IMG/VR virus record: IMGVR_UViG_3300047375_000738
Direction: 5' to 3' (one strand)
Source of the DNA: a virus
Lineage: Duplodnaviria; Caudoviricetes
DNA length: 64,000 nt
Both the position numbers and the translations under genes were made by a program. This document shows positions 38,960 to 49,800 of the stretch, one piece after another. The notes under the pieces are model-generated. The model worked only from the letters and a program-made list of their open reading frames with translations, did no database searches and was not told the DNA's origin. Each line of letters opens with the position of its first letter. Within the stretch, counting starts at the first letter, position 1.

Positions 38960-41900
38960 TATACTCTCCCTACCACAACTTCAACAATGCCGTAGCCGTC
39001 GTCACCTTTAGTACCAACTGCTTTACCAAGTACTTGACCAACACCCGGAGTGTTATTAACAATAGCATATCCTTCTTTTGCTGCTGTTACTAACATATCG
39101 CCTTTTTCTACTTTTCCTAATACCTTACACGGAACTCTACCCTGTAGTGCTACACCAACTACTGTGTCGCCTTCTAGTGCGCTGTTCATCAAGTGAGCTG
39201 GATTGGTTGTTACAACACCAGCAATTCTATGATCAGATTTTGTATTAGTTGTAGTAACTTCAGCTTCTCCTCCAAATACTAGTACAGTTCCTGGTTCGTA
39301 TGCTACATCACCTACATAGTTTTCTGCTAAGTCAGCATATAGTGCTTCGGTAGCAGTACCATTAAATGTTTGTGCATATATTGTGTTGAATCTATCTGTA
39401 CTTGTACCAATAGTACTGCCGTTGTCAGTACCACTGCCGTTGCCAGCACCTCTATATCCGCCTGGAGCAGTTACAGTTTTTGATGCTGCTAGTGTTAAGT
39501 CACCACCGCCTGCAATATCGCCACCAATTGTTAGTTTGTTTGTACTTGGATTATATGCTACACCAGCGTCAGTTTTTATTGTTTCGTTTGCTGCTGAGGC
39601 ATTTGCACTATCTACAAATGTAAGATAATGTGTTGCGTTAGTAGTATTGTTTATTGTTTTGACTTGATCAGCACTATCAGCGTTACCAGTTAGTTCACCT
39701 GTGCTAACATCTAATATCAGGCTAGTACCGTCGTAAATATCGCCATCAACATTAGCTGCAATTTTATTTGGCAGACTAACTGTGAAAGTTGGTGAACCTG
39801 CTATCGGTGAAGAATCGGCAAAATTTACACTTACTTCATTTGCAGTACCTTGGATAGTAACTGAGTTGCCTAATGCAGTGGCTACAGTTGACGATCCATC
39901 TCCAAACGTAATTGAACTGTTACTTAGTTTTGCGTTTGTAATACTACCAGCTAGTTGTGCATTACTTACACCAAGTGCTTTAATGCTTACATATCCACTT
40001 GCTGAGCCAAAGTCTGCATTGTTAAAACTTGCTATACCTTTTACGGCTGTCCCGGAGGTTGCTGCTGCTGTAGCATCGCTTAAAGAAAGTTTACTCTGTG
40101 CAATAGCTGCACTTGCATTTACGTCTGCGTTTACAATAGCACCTGCGGTAATCTGACCTTCTAGAAAGCCACTAGTTCCATTTAGTGTTAGACTAATATC
40201 GGTGTTGGCAGCATCTGTATCAAACGGTGCATCAATCCAGTTGTTTGCTGAATCGTCATATACTAAGAAAGCAGCATCAACTGGGCTTGTAATATCAGTA
40301 TCTTCAAGTTCAGCTAGTGTATCGTATGCTTCGTCTCCTGCGTCTACATATGCCTTTGTTGCTGCGTCACTTCCACTAGTTGGTGCAGCAAGGTCGTTAA
40401 TTTGCTGACCGCCCATACGCAGATCACCTGCCATTGGTACTGCACCTGATAGTGCTAAAAAGCCACCAGTTGTTTGTGGAATAATTTCAGCACCAGATAT
40501 CACTGTACCGTTGCGGTCCATGCCTAGTCGTCTATCAATATATCCTTCAACTGCTGTTTCAACTGGTACAGCATCTGCTGTAGCATTTGTAAATGTACTG
40601 TCTGCACTAAATTCGTTTACACGTACACCACGTTTAAAGCCAATACCGTCAATGTTTGTTAGAACAAGTGCAGCATTAAATGTAATTCTACCTGTGCCCT
40701 GATCAACTGTAAAGAATCTACCTACACGGAAGAAACCGTCTTGGTCTGTACTTGCAAAGAAACAACGTCCTCTACTACGTTCTTGTACCTGTGCTTTACT
40801 TGCAAATCCTTCACTGTCTAAACTTTCTTCATCAGTAACTGGCGCAATCTTTGGACCACCAAAGATTCTATCAGGATAGTTACTACTATTGTATCCACCT
40901 GTACCAATATCCAAGAAGTCATGCGATGTAGCTCTACATGTACTGATATTAACTGTGATATTACCTGTTTCAGCTGATTGCAAGCCTGCTTGTAGTGTAA
41001 TATTATTACCTGCTGCACTACTTGCTCTAGCTGCTAGTCCTGCTCCGGCATATGTATCACTAATGTTGTACTTGTCTGTAAAGCTAATAATACCAAACTG
41101 TGTACTTGTTGCGCTATCTGTTACAACTTGATAGTTAGTAATAATATGTGTTTTACCTTGCCATGCAAATATCATGTCAACATCACTTGAGTTCAATCGA
41201 GCTTGATCATTTGCACTTAAAACTGTACTTACTGCAATGTGAGTATCACCTTGTGTATCGCCTAGTGTTGTACCACCGCTTAAACTATAAGTAGCTGGTG
41301 CCTGTGCAGCAAATGTATTGTTTACAACTAGATCAACATAATCAAAGTTATCATCAATTGTAATTCTAGTCTGTGCTCCTACTACTGGTATACCACCAGT
41401 AATAGTATTTTCAAATGCTAGTGTTCTGTAGGTTACAGTTTCTTGTTCGTTAAATATAAGTGCTGTACTTGGTCTTGTTACAACATCACTACTAACACCA
41501 TTTACAAATACGTTTTGTTGACTTGTTAGTACAGCGTTTGTAGCATGTGCAACATTAAACTGTAGACCAGTTGTTTCTGTAGCAACACCACCGCCTGTTC
41601 CACTAGTAAATTCAAGTCTCCATACTTTACTACCAATTAGACCGATAGAACCAATATCGTCAGTAATAGCACCGTTAGTATAATCTACTGGAATAGTTAT
41701 GCCAGTCTCACTTACGTTGATAACTTCGTATGGCTGGAATGTACCTTCGCTGTCGTCATGATGAATTTCAAGTTGCGATGCATTTAGAGGATAGTTTGTA
41801 GTATCGTAAATAAACGCACGTTGTACACCTTTTACAGCACCAAAGTCTCTATTGGTAATGCTTACAGGAGCACCATAGCTTTGATAAACTGTACCGTTAC

Positions 41901-44900
41901 CTCCGCCGTCTACGCCTGTTGCAACAAATGCTGTTCCTGGGTTGTTATTAGCTGCACCAACAGTGGTAAAGTCTGATGTTCCTTGTGTACCAATTACGTA
42001 GCGTGTTGCAGCTAGAAGCCCGCCGTCGTTTGTAACACTATTTGTTGTTAGTTCGTCAGTGTCGTTAAATGCATAATCATATCTTGTAGTTGCTGTAACA
42101 TGTCTATTTACACTTAGTATACTATTTGTATCATTATCGTCGTTAAAAATTACGGTTGCAAGAGCAGTATTACCTGTGGTTGTGTCGTATTGACGTATTA
42201 TCTGGCCACGTGCAATACCAGAACTATTGCCTGTTATTTCAACTTCTTGATCAACTGAGAATATTTTAACAGGTTGTACTAAGTCTTGTGCAAGTGAAAT
42301 AGTTTTTGCAACTTCATCTGGATCACTGCCTTCTGCAACCAGTCCGTAGTTACCATAACTGTTGTTACCTGTAAGCGAACGTATCTGGGCACCATTTAAT
42401 GATAGGTAGCCTGTGTGCGCATAGTATGTAAACACACTAACAAGTTCTGAAAGTCCGTTGTTTGTAACAACTACACCATAACCTAAATCGTTGACTTGTG
42501 TAAAGTCGTTTGCTAACATACTTTTGTTACCAGCACCTTGTAAAACAATATCAATTGGTCCACCTGCTGAGTCAATGTCGTCGTCTAAACCTGCGCCGCC
42601 ATTAGCTGCACTATCTAGTACAAGCGTTGCAGTAGCTTTTCCACTGCCGTTATCTGCAACATAATCAACAATAGCATTAACTTGATAACGTCTACCAAAC
42701 TCAAAGAAACTACAAGGAAGATTAGGTTTACGTTGTCCTAAAATACTTGTGTTTGGCGCTTCGATTTGAATACGGAAAGGATCGCTGTTACCGCCTTGAA
42801 TAACTGTAGCTGGCATATTGTAGCAATAACCGTCAATAAATATACCGCCTGCAAAAGTTTTAGCATTAATACTTCTACTAAATGAAGATCCTGTTTGTAC
42901 ATATGGCGAACGTGTAAAGATAGCACCTTCTGGATCTAGCACCATCATAAAGCCACCTTGTCGCTGTGCTGTAATATTTCTAATAATAGTGTTATCGTTA
43001 CACAGGAACATGTCCATTTCGTTGTTGTCTTTAGCAGCATTATAACCTGCATCAAACGCAAAAGATATAAAACTTACTAGAGCAGTTGCATTTGTATTTG
43101 CATTTGTTTCAGCTGTTAAGTTAGCATTTACAACTTGTCCTGTAACACCGCCAGCGCCTGCGTATGCTGTCTGTGCTAGTACACTTGTAATAATTGTTGC
43201 AATATTGTTAAATGCTGCTTCAGTCTTTGCTGCTGTAGCAACAACTGTATTTGCTAATGCAGTTTTTTGACTTATGCCACACTGTACTCTACCACCTGTG
43301 CGTAAATCAGCTTCAATACTGTCTACTATTTCGCCTACATCTCTTTCGGCATCTGCTTGTACGTATGAAGGCGGAGTGTTTGCAGCAATAAAACTAATAG
43401 TTCTATCAATAATAAATTGTCTGTTTAGACTTATTAAGTCTGCTGCTTCGTTAAACTTACCTGGGTTAGTTGCGCCAAAATTACTTATGTTTATGTCTGC
43501 TGCTGGATTTGTTAAGTAGTGTCTGCCATAGTATCCGTCAGTGTCACCTGTAAGATCGTTTACATATGCTTCACCACCGGTTGCAGTAGTATTACCATCG
43601 ATTGTAGCATCTCTATAAAAGAATGTATTGGCTGCTGAACTTAAACTCATACCTGGTGCTGGACGTACAAGACAACGTCTAAATTCGTCACCTTTGATAC
43701 TTACGTTAGCAGGTAATCTAATTGGCAACTGTTCTTCGTATGTGCCTGATTCAATACGTATACTAATCTGTTGTTTCTTAACAAATGCACCGTATTCAAT
43801 TTCTTCTTGTTCGATAAAATCAAACGGTAGTAGTAGTTTAACCTCGATAGTATCATATACCGGTGTACCAACTGTATCGACACCTCTACTATATTCTTGT
43901 ACAATACCAACAGCACCACTTTTCTTACCTCTAATAATTTTACCAGGAAAGATATCAATATTTGGCTCGTCTTCAGTTGGGTCGCCAGCTTGTGTTAAAA
44001 ATTTGTTATTACCACTACTAACATATACTTTATAATTGTTACTAGCTTCTACTAGTGTTGGATCAGCACTACTAGTATCGATAGTATCTAAAACATCGTC
44101 AAATCTAGCACTTGCTGCTAGATACCATTGATCAGACCCAAATCCGCTGCCAAGTGCAGTTGCAATAAATCCTAGTGCAGTAGTTTTAGCAAAACTAATT
44201 GCTGCAACAGTTTCGGTATACTGCCCGCCACCTGTTTGAGATATTGCAACTTCGCCACTAGCATTACTAAAGTAACGTAGCCCTGCATATCTACTTAGAT
44301 AGTTGTGTTTGACACTTACTGTACTTGCAAGAATATCCTTTTCGATACTGTCCAGTATCAGTCCTAAATCTCTTCTACATACTGCTTCGCTGTAAACAAA
44401 TGTAGGATATGTTGTTGCAATAAATGCAATAGTTTGATCAATAATTGCTTGTCTATTAGTATCAATTGCTGATGCTGTTGTAGTAGCTGCAACTGCTGGG
44501 GCTGTATACCCATTACTTGAATAGTTTGTAATTGTACCATTATTTAGACCAGTACCATCTGTGTATGTTAGTGTTTGTACATAAGGACCAATATCAATAT
44601 CTGCTGCTTCTTGTAATCTTTCAGCTCGTAAACATGCGCCGGCAATTGTTCTATAAGCATACTTCTCGCTACGTCCAGCCAATCCTGCGGGTGTTTCTGT
44701 TTGTAAATCATCACCGTTGATGTTTACATAAATATTTTCACTTTTACTGTACTGCTGTGCATCAACATAATATTTTGTTGCTGCCTGTAAATCATCTGCA
44801 CCAGCCGGAGTTCCTGCTCCTGCAAATGGCTGTGGATGATCGTGCAATGTCAACGCACCTGTCATGGTGTCGCCTTCACGTCTAGTTATGCTTTTACGTG

Positions 44901-45813
44901 GTAGTATAGCATCGCCAGTCCAGAACCCATCAAGGCCTCCATCACTGTCATCGTATGTTGGATCTTTTAAAGTTTGTGTACCTGTGCCGCCACTTGCAAT
45001 AATTTGATTAGTGTTATCTAATGCATCTTGTGCAGTTGGGTGTAGAGTTACTTGATTTGCAGTATTGCGTCTAACATAATATGTTCCGGCACTTGTTAAG
45101 CCTGTAGCATCTGTAGTAGTTGAATCATACAACCAAGCACTACCTGTTACAGCCTCTGTAAAGCCATGCGATACAATGTTAGCAGCACCGGCACTGAAAC
45201 TTGCAATAGTTTTTGTATAATCACTAGCATCAGTTGGCTCGTCTGCTACACGAGGGCCCATACCAGGTGTATTTTTCTCAAGGTACTTTCTATTAGCTAA
45301 TCCAATACTTGGAATAATATTTTCGTCAGCAACATCTGGTTCATGAACTGTATTCCAATTTGTAAGTAGAGTACCTCTTTCGAGATCTGACATAATTTTA
45401 GGATTAGTAGTGGCACTATACGCAAACGCTGCACCTGCTTTTAAAGGATTTGAAATAGTAGGCTTTGGATCTGTTTCAAGGTTTACGTTAATAACTTTAA
45501 TTTTTAATTGATTGCCTTCAACACTAAAAGCAACAGTGTTGGCTTCATCATTTGGATCAGCATTTCCAGCATCACTTACTAGTTCAAAAAAGTCAACACC
45601 TGTGCCTGCTTGATTTACTAAGAGTACTTTTCCTTCGTTGCCTACAGTACTATTTGGAGTATCGTTAAGTGTGGTAAACGAAATTTGCCCACCTAAACCA
45701 AAAATAGCATATAGTTCGTTGAAGTTTTCGTTTACCTTCTTAAAACTTTCACGGATACTATCACCAGTACCGTCATTGCCCTCTACGCCAATATCAACTT
45801 GTTGTTTTGCCAT
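38959..45813 (-). CDS. Giant tail fibre/spike protein (2284 aa) with beta-helix-like region and C-terminal chaperone/autocleavage-like domain
   Basis: gp9/gp10-like N-terminus, AATKYYVD motifs, PIRLPANVSIKGDEFRR, C-terminal YADLAENY...VALQGRVPCKV. Confidence 0.75.
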   Translation of the reverse strand: MAKQQVDIGVEGNDGTGDSIRESFKKVNENFNELYAIFGLGGQISFTTLNDTPNSTVGNEGKVLLVNQAGTGVDFFELVSDAGNADPNDEANTVAFSVEGNQLKIKVINVNLETDPKPTISNPLKAGAAFAYSATTNPKIMSDLERGTLLTNWNTVHEPDVADENIIPSIGLANRKYLEKNTPGMGPRVADEPTDASDYTKTIASFSAGAANIVSHGFTEAVTGSAWLYDSTTTDATGLTSAGTYYVRRNTANQVTLHPTAQDALDNTNQIIASGGTGTQTLKDPTYDDSDGGLDGFWTGDAILPRKSITRREGDTMTGALTLHDHPQPFAGAGTPAGADDLQAATKYYVDAQQYSKSENIYVNINGDDLQTETPAGLAGRSEKYAYRTIAGACLRAERLQEAADIDIGPYVQTLTYTDGTGLNNGTITNYSSNGYTAPAVAATTTASAIDTNRQAIIDQTIAFIATTYPTFVYSEAVCRRDLGLILDSIEKDILASTVSVKHNYLSRYAGLRYFSNASGEVAISQTGGGQYTETVAAISFAKTTALGFIATALGSGFGSDQWYLAASARFDDVLDTIDTSSADPTLVEASNNYKVYVSSGNNKFLTQAGDPTEDEPNIDIFPGKIIRGKKSGAVGIVQEYSRGVDTVGTPVYDTIEVKLLLPFDFIEQEEIEYGAFVKKQQISIRIESGTYEEQLPIRLPANVSIKGDEFRRCLVRPAPGMSLSSAANTFFYRDATIDGNTTATGGEAYVNDLTGDTDGYYGRHYLTNPAADINISNFGATNPGKFNEAADLISLNRQFIIDRTISFIAANTPPSYVQADAERDVGEIVDSIEADLRTGGRVQCGISQKTALANTVVATAAKTEAAFNNIATIITSVLAQTAYAGAGGVTGQVVNANLTAETNANTNATALVSFISFAFDAGYNAAKDNNEMDMFLCNDNTIIRNITAQRQGGFMMVLDPEGAIFTRSPYVQTGSSFSRSINAKTFAGGIFIDGYCYNMPATVIQGGNSDPFRIQIEAPNTSILGQRKPNLPCSFFEFGRRYQVNAIVDYVADNGSGKATATLVLDSAANGGAGLDDDIDSAGGPIDIVLQGAGNKSMLANDFTQVNDLGYGVVVTNNGLSELVSVFTYYAHTGYLSLNGAQIRSLTGNNSYGNYGLVAEGSDPDEVAKTISLAQDLVQPVKIFSVDQEVEITGNSSGIARGQIIRQYDTTTGNTALATVIFNDDNDTNSILSVNRHVTATTRYDYAFNDTDELTTNSVTNDGGLLAATRYVIGTQGTSDFTTVGAANNNPGTAFVATGVDGGGNGTVYQSYGAPVSITNRDFGAVKGVQRAFIYDTTNYPLNASQLEIHHDDSEGTFQPYEVINVSETGITIPVDYTNGAITDDIGSIGLIGSKVWRLEFTSGTGGGVATETTGLQFNVAHATNAVLTSQQNVFVNGVSSDVVTRPSTALIFNEQETVTYRTLAFENTITGGIPVVGAQTRITIDDNFDYVDLVVNNTFAAQAPATYSLSGGTTLGDTQGDTHIAVSTVLSANDQARLNSSDVDMIFAWQGKTHIITNYQVVTDSATSTQFGIISFTDKYNISDTYAGAGLAARASSAAGNNITLQAGLQSAETGNITVNISTCRATSHDFLDIGTGGYNSSNYPDRIFGGPKIAPVTDEESLDSEGFASKAQVQERSRGRCFFASTDQDGFFRVGRFFTVDQGTGRITFNAALVLTNIDGIGFKRGVRVNEFSADSTFTNATADAVPVETAVEGYIDRRLGMDRNGTVISGAEIIPQTTGGFLALSGAVPMAGDLRMGGQQINDLAAPTSGSDAATKAYVDAGDEAYDTLAELEDTDITSPVDAAFLVYDDSANNWIDAPFDTDAANTDISLTLNGTSGFLEGQITAGAIVNADVNASAAIAQSKLSLSDATAAATSGTAVKGIASFNNADFGSASGYVSIKALGVSNAQLAGSITNAKLSNSSITFGDGSSTVATALGNSVTIQGTANEVSVNFADSSPIAGSPTFTVSLPNKIAANVDGDIYDGTSLILDVSTGELTGNADSADQVKTINNTTNATHYLTFVDSANASAANETIKTDAGVAYNPSTNKLTIGGDIAGGGDLTLAASKTVTAPGGYRGAGNGSGTDNGSTIGTSTDRFNTIYAQTFNGTATEALYADLAENYVGDVAYEPGTVLVFGGEAEVTTTNTKSDHRIAGVVTTNPAHLMNSALEGDTVVGVALQGRVPCKVLGKVEKGDMLVTAAKEGYAIVNNTPGVGQVLGKAVGTKGDDGYGIVEVVVGRV

Positions 45814-45825
45814 CTACCTTATCCT

Positions 45826-46188
45826 TTAAAATTGTGGTACTAAATTGTCCATGTCGAAGTTAACGCTTACGCCGCAACCACATGAACTTTGTGCATTTGG
45901 ATTATTAATTTCAAAGTTAGCACCAACTAAACTTTTTACATAATCTACTTCTGTTCCTATTAGAAACATTAAACTGTGCGCTCCTACTACAAACGCACAT
46001 CCGTTTGTTGTTTTTACTACTTCGTCGTCTTTTGCTAGATCTGTTGGACTAGCAACAGTTCCCCATTCGTATTCAAATCCAGCACAGCCACCACCTTTGA
46101 TGTTAAGAGTAATGCCATAGCATTCGTTCTCTTCGCTTAAAAGGTCAATTTGTTTCTCTGCTGCTGGTGTTAAAGTAAGTATGCTCAT
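45826..46188 (-). CDS. A-type Fe-S carrier (HesB/IscA/SufA family)
   Basis: GGGCAGFEY, NPN, CGCGxS; late promoter at 46204-46210. Confidence 0.9.
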   Translation of the reverse strand: MSILTLTPAAEKQIDLLSEENECYGITLNIKGGGCAGFEYEWGTVASPTDLAKDDEVVKTTNGCAFVVGAHSLMFLIGTEVDYVKSLVGANFEINNPNAQSSCGCGVSVNFDMDNLVPQF

Positions 46189-46203
46189 AGTGTTCCTTTC
46201 TAA

Positions 46204-46239
46204 TATTTATCGTTGTATTTTATAATCTTAATGTAAATA
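46204..46239. promoter_or_regulatory. Divergent pair of late-type promoters
   Basis: ATAAATA on - (46204-46210) and TAAATA on + (46234-46239) between divergent genes. Confidence 0.6.
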
Positions 46240-46244
46240 TAGTT

Positions 46245-46532
46245 ATGTTTATAAAAGAATATTTGATTGATACCTGGCATATGCGCCGTAGCAAACTTGG
46301 CAATCAACATACGTACAACCGCAAAAAAACTATGGTTGTACTAAGGTGTGATTGCTGTGATAATGAATTTACAAGAGAGCGTGGACAAATGGATCCTAAA
46401 AGACTCAATAATAACTACTTTCATGTTTGTGAAAATTGTGATGCTAAAGTGTTTGCACAACAAAGAGGTGTAGCAGCTAAAAAAGTTTGGCAACTAAAAG
46501 CAAGTAGCGACATTCCTATTAACAAACTTTAG
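46245..46532 (+). CDS. Small zinc-binding protein
   Basis: CDCC...CENC. Confidence 0.6.
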   Translation: MFIKEYLIDTWHMRRSKLGNQHTYNRKKTMVVLRCDCCDNEFTRERGQMDPKRLNNNYFHVCENCDAKVFAQQRGVAAKKVWQLKASSDIPINKL

Positions 46533-47093
46533 TGTGTTAAAAAATTTATAGTCTGCATCGTAAAGTGTAGATAATTTAGATTCAATAACTTTTTGGTTTT
46601 TGTCAATAAATCCTCTTACTATTTTTTTGTATTTTTTTCTAAGTTTTTCTTGATGTGTAACAAGTATTTCGTCAAAACAGTTATAATCTTTGTTTATATC
46701 TTCAAGTACACTGTTACAAAACCAATAAGGTTTTAGGTCTAAATTAGAATAGTTATAAACTGTTGATTGCAGGCTAGTATGGTAATCCCAAGGCACTGGT
46801 TCTCGATTTAACCATTGTTGTAGATTCAATTGTACACCATGTTCAGACGTTGACAGGTAAGATACACTTTCAGGATAAGCAAAATATTCGACTGTTCCAC
46901 TTATCCATCTATCATAAGGATCTCTAAAAATTACAATTGCTGTAGTATCTTTTGGTAAATCTATAGTATCATAATATACAAAATCTTTAGTAACGCCTTG
47001 TTTAATACTTTCGCTACAATTTTTTGCAATAGTCAATAAAGCTAAATTTTTAGCTTCATTGTAAAATATCAACCATTTCTCCAAATAGTCCAT
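46494..47093 (-). CDS. Sulfotransferase-2-like protein
   Basis: IAKNCSES and FRDPYDRWISG. Confidence 0.6.
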   Translation of the reverse strand: MDYLEKWLIFYNEAKNLALLTIAKNCSESIKQGVTKDFVYYDTIDLPKDTTAIVIFRDPYDRWISGTVEYFAYPESVSYLSTSEHGVQLNLQQWLNREPVPWDYHTSLQSTVYNYSNLDLKPYWFCNSVLEDINKDYNCFDEILVTHQEKLRKKYKKIVRGFIDKNQKVIESKLSTLYDADYKFFNTLKFVNRNVATCF

Positions 47094-47233
47094 GCACCGT
47101 ATGCAATTGCACCGTATGCAATTAATTTTGTTAGTGGCGAAAAGATAATAATAGCTGCTCCTGCTGCTATCATTAGTGCGCCATCAATTGTTGATCGCTC
47201 TGCTAAACGCTGTTCTATCCATTTTTTGATCAT
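47069..47233 (-). CDS. 54-aa membrane protein (ERSTIDG...IAYGAIAYGAWTIW; not in ORF track)
   Basis: Manual translation; AAGGA SD upstream. Confidence 0.55.
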   Translation of the reverse strand: MIKKWIEQRLAERSTIDGALMIAAGAAIIIFSPLTKLIAYGAIAYGAWTIWRNG

Positions 47234-47480
47234 TTGTTAATTTCCTTAGTTTTTTGTCTTGTTCGTTAACTAGTGCTTCTAGTCTACGAAGTTTTTCTTC
47301 TAAGCCTTGTACATATGCTTTTGTTGGTACTTGTCTTTCTTGCCCGTCTTCTCCAAGAACACTATAATGGTCGGCGCCGTGTCCTTTTAAACCGCCTAGC
47401 ACTCTGTTAGGATTTTTTTCAACGGCTGCTGTAGCTTGTTTTCTAGCATACATGCTTGTAATATAATTAGTTTTTCTCAT
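47184..47480 (-). CDS. Hypothetical coiled-coil protein
   Basis: KNPNRVLGGLK...AYVQGLEEK. Confidence 0.5.
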   Translation of the reverse strand: MRKTNYITSMYARKQATAAVEKNPNRVLGGLKGHGADHYSVLGEDGQERQVPTKAYVQGLEEKLRRLEALVNEQDKKLRKLTNDQKMDRTAFSRAINN

Positions 47481-48103
47481 ATTGTATTTATTAACTCCTG
47501 TACTAAGTCTGTTTGGTCTTCAACTTGCTCATACTTACGTCTTTGCTTAAAATATACATCAGTTGTTTTATTTAAATGTAGTACTTTAAGTTTGGGATGT
47601 ATTTTTTCAAGTGCCATTGCAAATTTAAAAATTTTATTAATATCAACATATTCAACATGTTTCGAATTATTTAGAACGTATTTGTGTATCCATTTTGAAT
47701 TCATAGCACAGTGGCCTAGCCATTGTGTATTCCAATCTTGAAGCATTACAGTACGATCTTCGATATGCGCTGTTTCTTTGCAACGTTGATAAAATCTTTT
47801 AACCTCTAATAAATGTTGTTCAAAATTTGCCGGAGGTTTTGGAAATTTATCATCTGCATACAATGTTACCTTCATATGATAACCGCTTAAATACCAATCG
47901 TGAAACGGACGAGTTAATAGGTATATTTTTTTATACTTTGTTAGATCAAGATGTTCAAACACTGCAACGGTTTTAACTTTACATTCATAATTTTTTTCAT
48001 ACTCACTAAGCAACTCCTTGTATGCTGATTCAATACTAGTGCTACCATTTTTACAAGGTGCAAGTACTGCTACCTTTGTTTTCATGTTCTTTAAAATAAT
48101 CAC
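47477..48103 (-). CDS. Sulfotransferase-2-like protein
   Basis: PCKNGSTS and TRPFHDWYLSG. Confidence 0.55.
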   Translation of the reverse strand: MIILKNMKTKVAVLAPCKNGSTSIESAYKELLSEYEKNYECKVKTVAVFEHLDLTKYKKIYLLTRPFHDWYLSGYHMKVTLYADDKFPKPPANFEQHLLEVKRFYQRCKETAHIEDRTVMLQDWNTQWLGHCAMNSKWIHKYVLNNSKHVEYVDINKIFKFAMALEKIHPKLKVLHLNKTTDVYFKQRRKYEQVEDQTDLVQELINTI

Positions 48104-48690
48104 AGTGTATATCCAAACTTTTTAGCATAGTCTTCCGAAATCTCATTTAATAGAGATTGTATATTACTATTTATAATTGGGTATGGAATACGAGGACTGG
48201 TGACATTTTTTATAGGAACTGTGTTAAAAACATTTAATGTTTTAAAAAAGTCATCTATGTTTTCAAGTTTAACTGGTATTGCATTTTTGTCACAGTATTT
48301 GTCCGGCATAACACTACAATGCTCGCTCCAAAATAAATTAAACACTGTGATGTTTTGTGTACGTTCAGCAAGTACATCAGTAAGGTGCGCTTCGTAATCT
48401 CTATGATACTTGAAGTGTCGAGGATTACCACCAAAGGATTGCAAAAATCTAAATCCACTCATTAGCCAACTATGTGGATGTCGCACAACTACATAATGAG
48501 TGTAGTCGTCAAAGTTAATCTTTAGTTTGTCGCAGGCTGCTAGAGTCTTTTGTAATCCTGTATAAGGTAGATTGTCAATTGACTTTTTTGTATACACATC
48601 TTGCCATCCTTTAAGTAAGTGTGCAAATGTATACGTTCCGCACTTGCTTGGCACACTTATTAATATTTTGGCATCATGATTTACAAACAT
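48100..48690 (-). CDS. Sulfotransferase-2-like protein
   Basis: PSKCGTYT and VRHPHSWLMSG. Confidence 0.6.
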   Translation of the reverse strand: MFVNHDAKILISVPSKCGTYTFAHLLKGWQDVYTKKSIDNLPYTGLQKTLAACDKLKINFDDYTHYVVVRHPHSWLMSGFRFLQSFGGNPRHFKYHRDYEAHLTDVLAERTQNITVFNLFWSEHCSVMPDKYCDKNAIPVKLENIDDFFKTLNVFNTVPIKNVTSPRIPYPIINSNIQSLLNEISEDYAKKFGYTL

Positions 48691-48696
48691 TTAAAC

Positions 48697-49800
48697 TCAT
48701 GCAACAAGTTTACCAGTGAAAGCATCATTGTTCATAAAATGCCGCTGTAACAATTGACCACTAGCAAGATTCTTACATTTTGCTTCTACCATAATATCAG
48801 CCCATTCCCAATGAGACAATGCCCAGTCGTTGACTGCATCGTTCCACAAGTAATCACTGTGTGCTCTTAGTTTTGCTTTTTTGAAGCCTTGTTCTTCAAG
48901 CGCCGCAAAGTCTGGTCTTTGTGTTGTTGAGTAACTGGAAAGAAGATCTTCTCTACTAACACTATAATGCATAGCAGGACGCACACCACGCCAGCTATCA
49001 ATAATGCGTTTGATTCTATCATCATCGGGTTCAATATATTCTCCTCTAGTATTACACCAGTGATGGTGTATGTCAAGAACAAGTGCAACATCATCTGCAA
49101 GTTCTAGGCTTGCTTCGAGACCCCATTTGTTTTCGTCGTTCTCAATAGTAATAGTGTTTCGTGCTTCTGGAGACAGTCTTGGAAGGACTGCTTTGATACC
49201 GGCTGGACCTTGTCTACCGGAGATGTGGACGTTACACTTGAAGTCTTGCCAGTCTTGACCGTAGCCCATCCAGCGTAATAAGTTGACATGGTATTCAAAT
49301 TCTTCTATGCTCCGTTCTACAATTTCGGGGTTGTCGCTCGCAAGTACAGTAAATTGGCCTGGGTGCATCGATAGTCGGACATCGAGGGCTCTTGCCGCTT
49401 CACCGACTTTTGCGTATTCTCTTTCACAGAATGCAATAACGTCAGGGCGCTGCCAATAATAAGACCAATCACGCTGGGTATAACAAGGAAGCTGATTACT
49501 ACCCAGTCGTACCATACGTAACTCTTTAGGAAGACTTCCAACATATTCGACTAACCTCTTTGCTGCCGCTGCGTTGTGTGCCATAATATCCCACAACCGT
49601 TCTTCAGCAACATCCTTTGTTTGTCTATTTAGCCATTGTACTGTTGTACACTTTTCTGTCAGTGGACGTTGTAGTTCTTCTAAGACTTTTTTCTTTTGTG
49701 ATTGGTCTGGATGCATGTATTTGCAAGCAAAACCAATACGCTTTGTATCTTGCTGACTTGCAAGATAATCGCCGCATGTTGTAAATTTAAGATCGTTCAT
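48697..49800 (-). CDS. uvsE: UV damage endonuclease UvsE
   Basis: IGFACKY, SMHPGQF, IENDE, DIHHH, AHSDY, MVEAKxK. Confidence 0.92.
   Translation of the reverse strand: MNDLKFTTCGDYLASQQDTKRIGFACKYMHPDQSQKKKVLEELQRPLTEKCTTVQWLNRQTKDVAEERLWDIMAHNAAAAKRLVEYVGSLPKELRMVRLGSNQLPCYTQRDWSYYWQRPDVIAFCEREYAKVGEAARALDVRLSMHPGQFTVLASDNPEIVERSIEEFEYHVNLLRWMGYGQDWQDFKCNVHISGRQGPAGIKAVLPRLSPEARNTITIENDENKWGLEASLELADDVALVLDIHHHWCNTRGEYIEPDDDRIKRIIDSWRGVRPAMHYSVSREDLLSSYSTTQRPDFAALEEQGFKKAKLRAHSDYLWNDAVNDWALSHWEWADIMVEAKCKNLASGQLLQRHFMNNDAFTGKLVA

Noticed and set aside
47093-47122. Tandem 15-bp repeat TGCACCGTATGCAAT x2
   Set aside because: It encodes IAYGA-IAYGA inside the 54-aa membrane ORF 47069-47233; not an operator or CRISPR unit.
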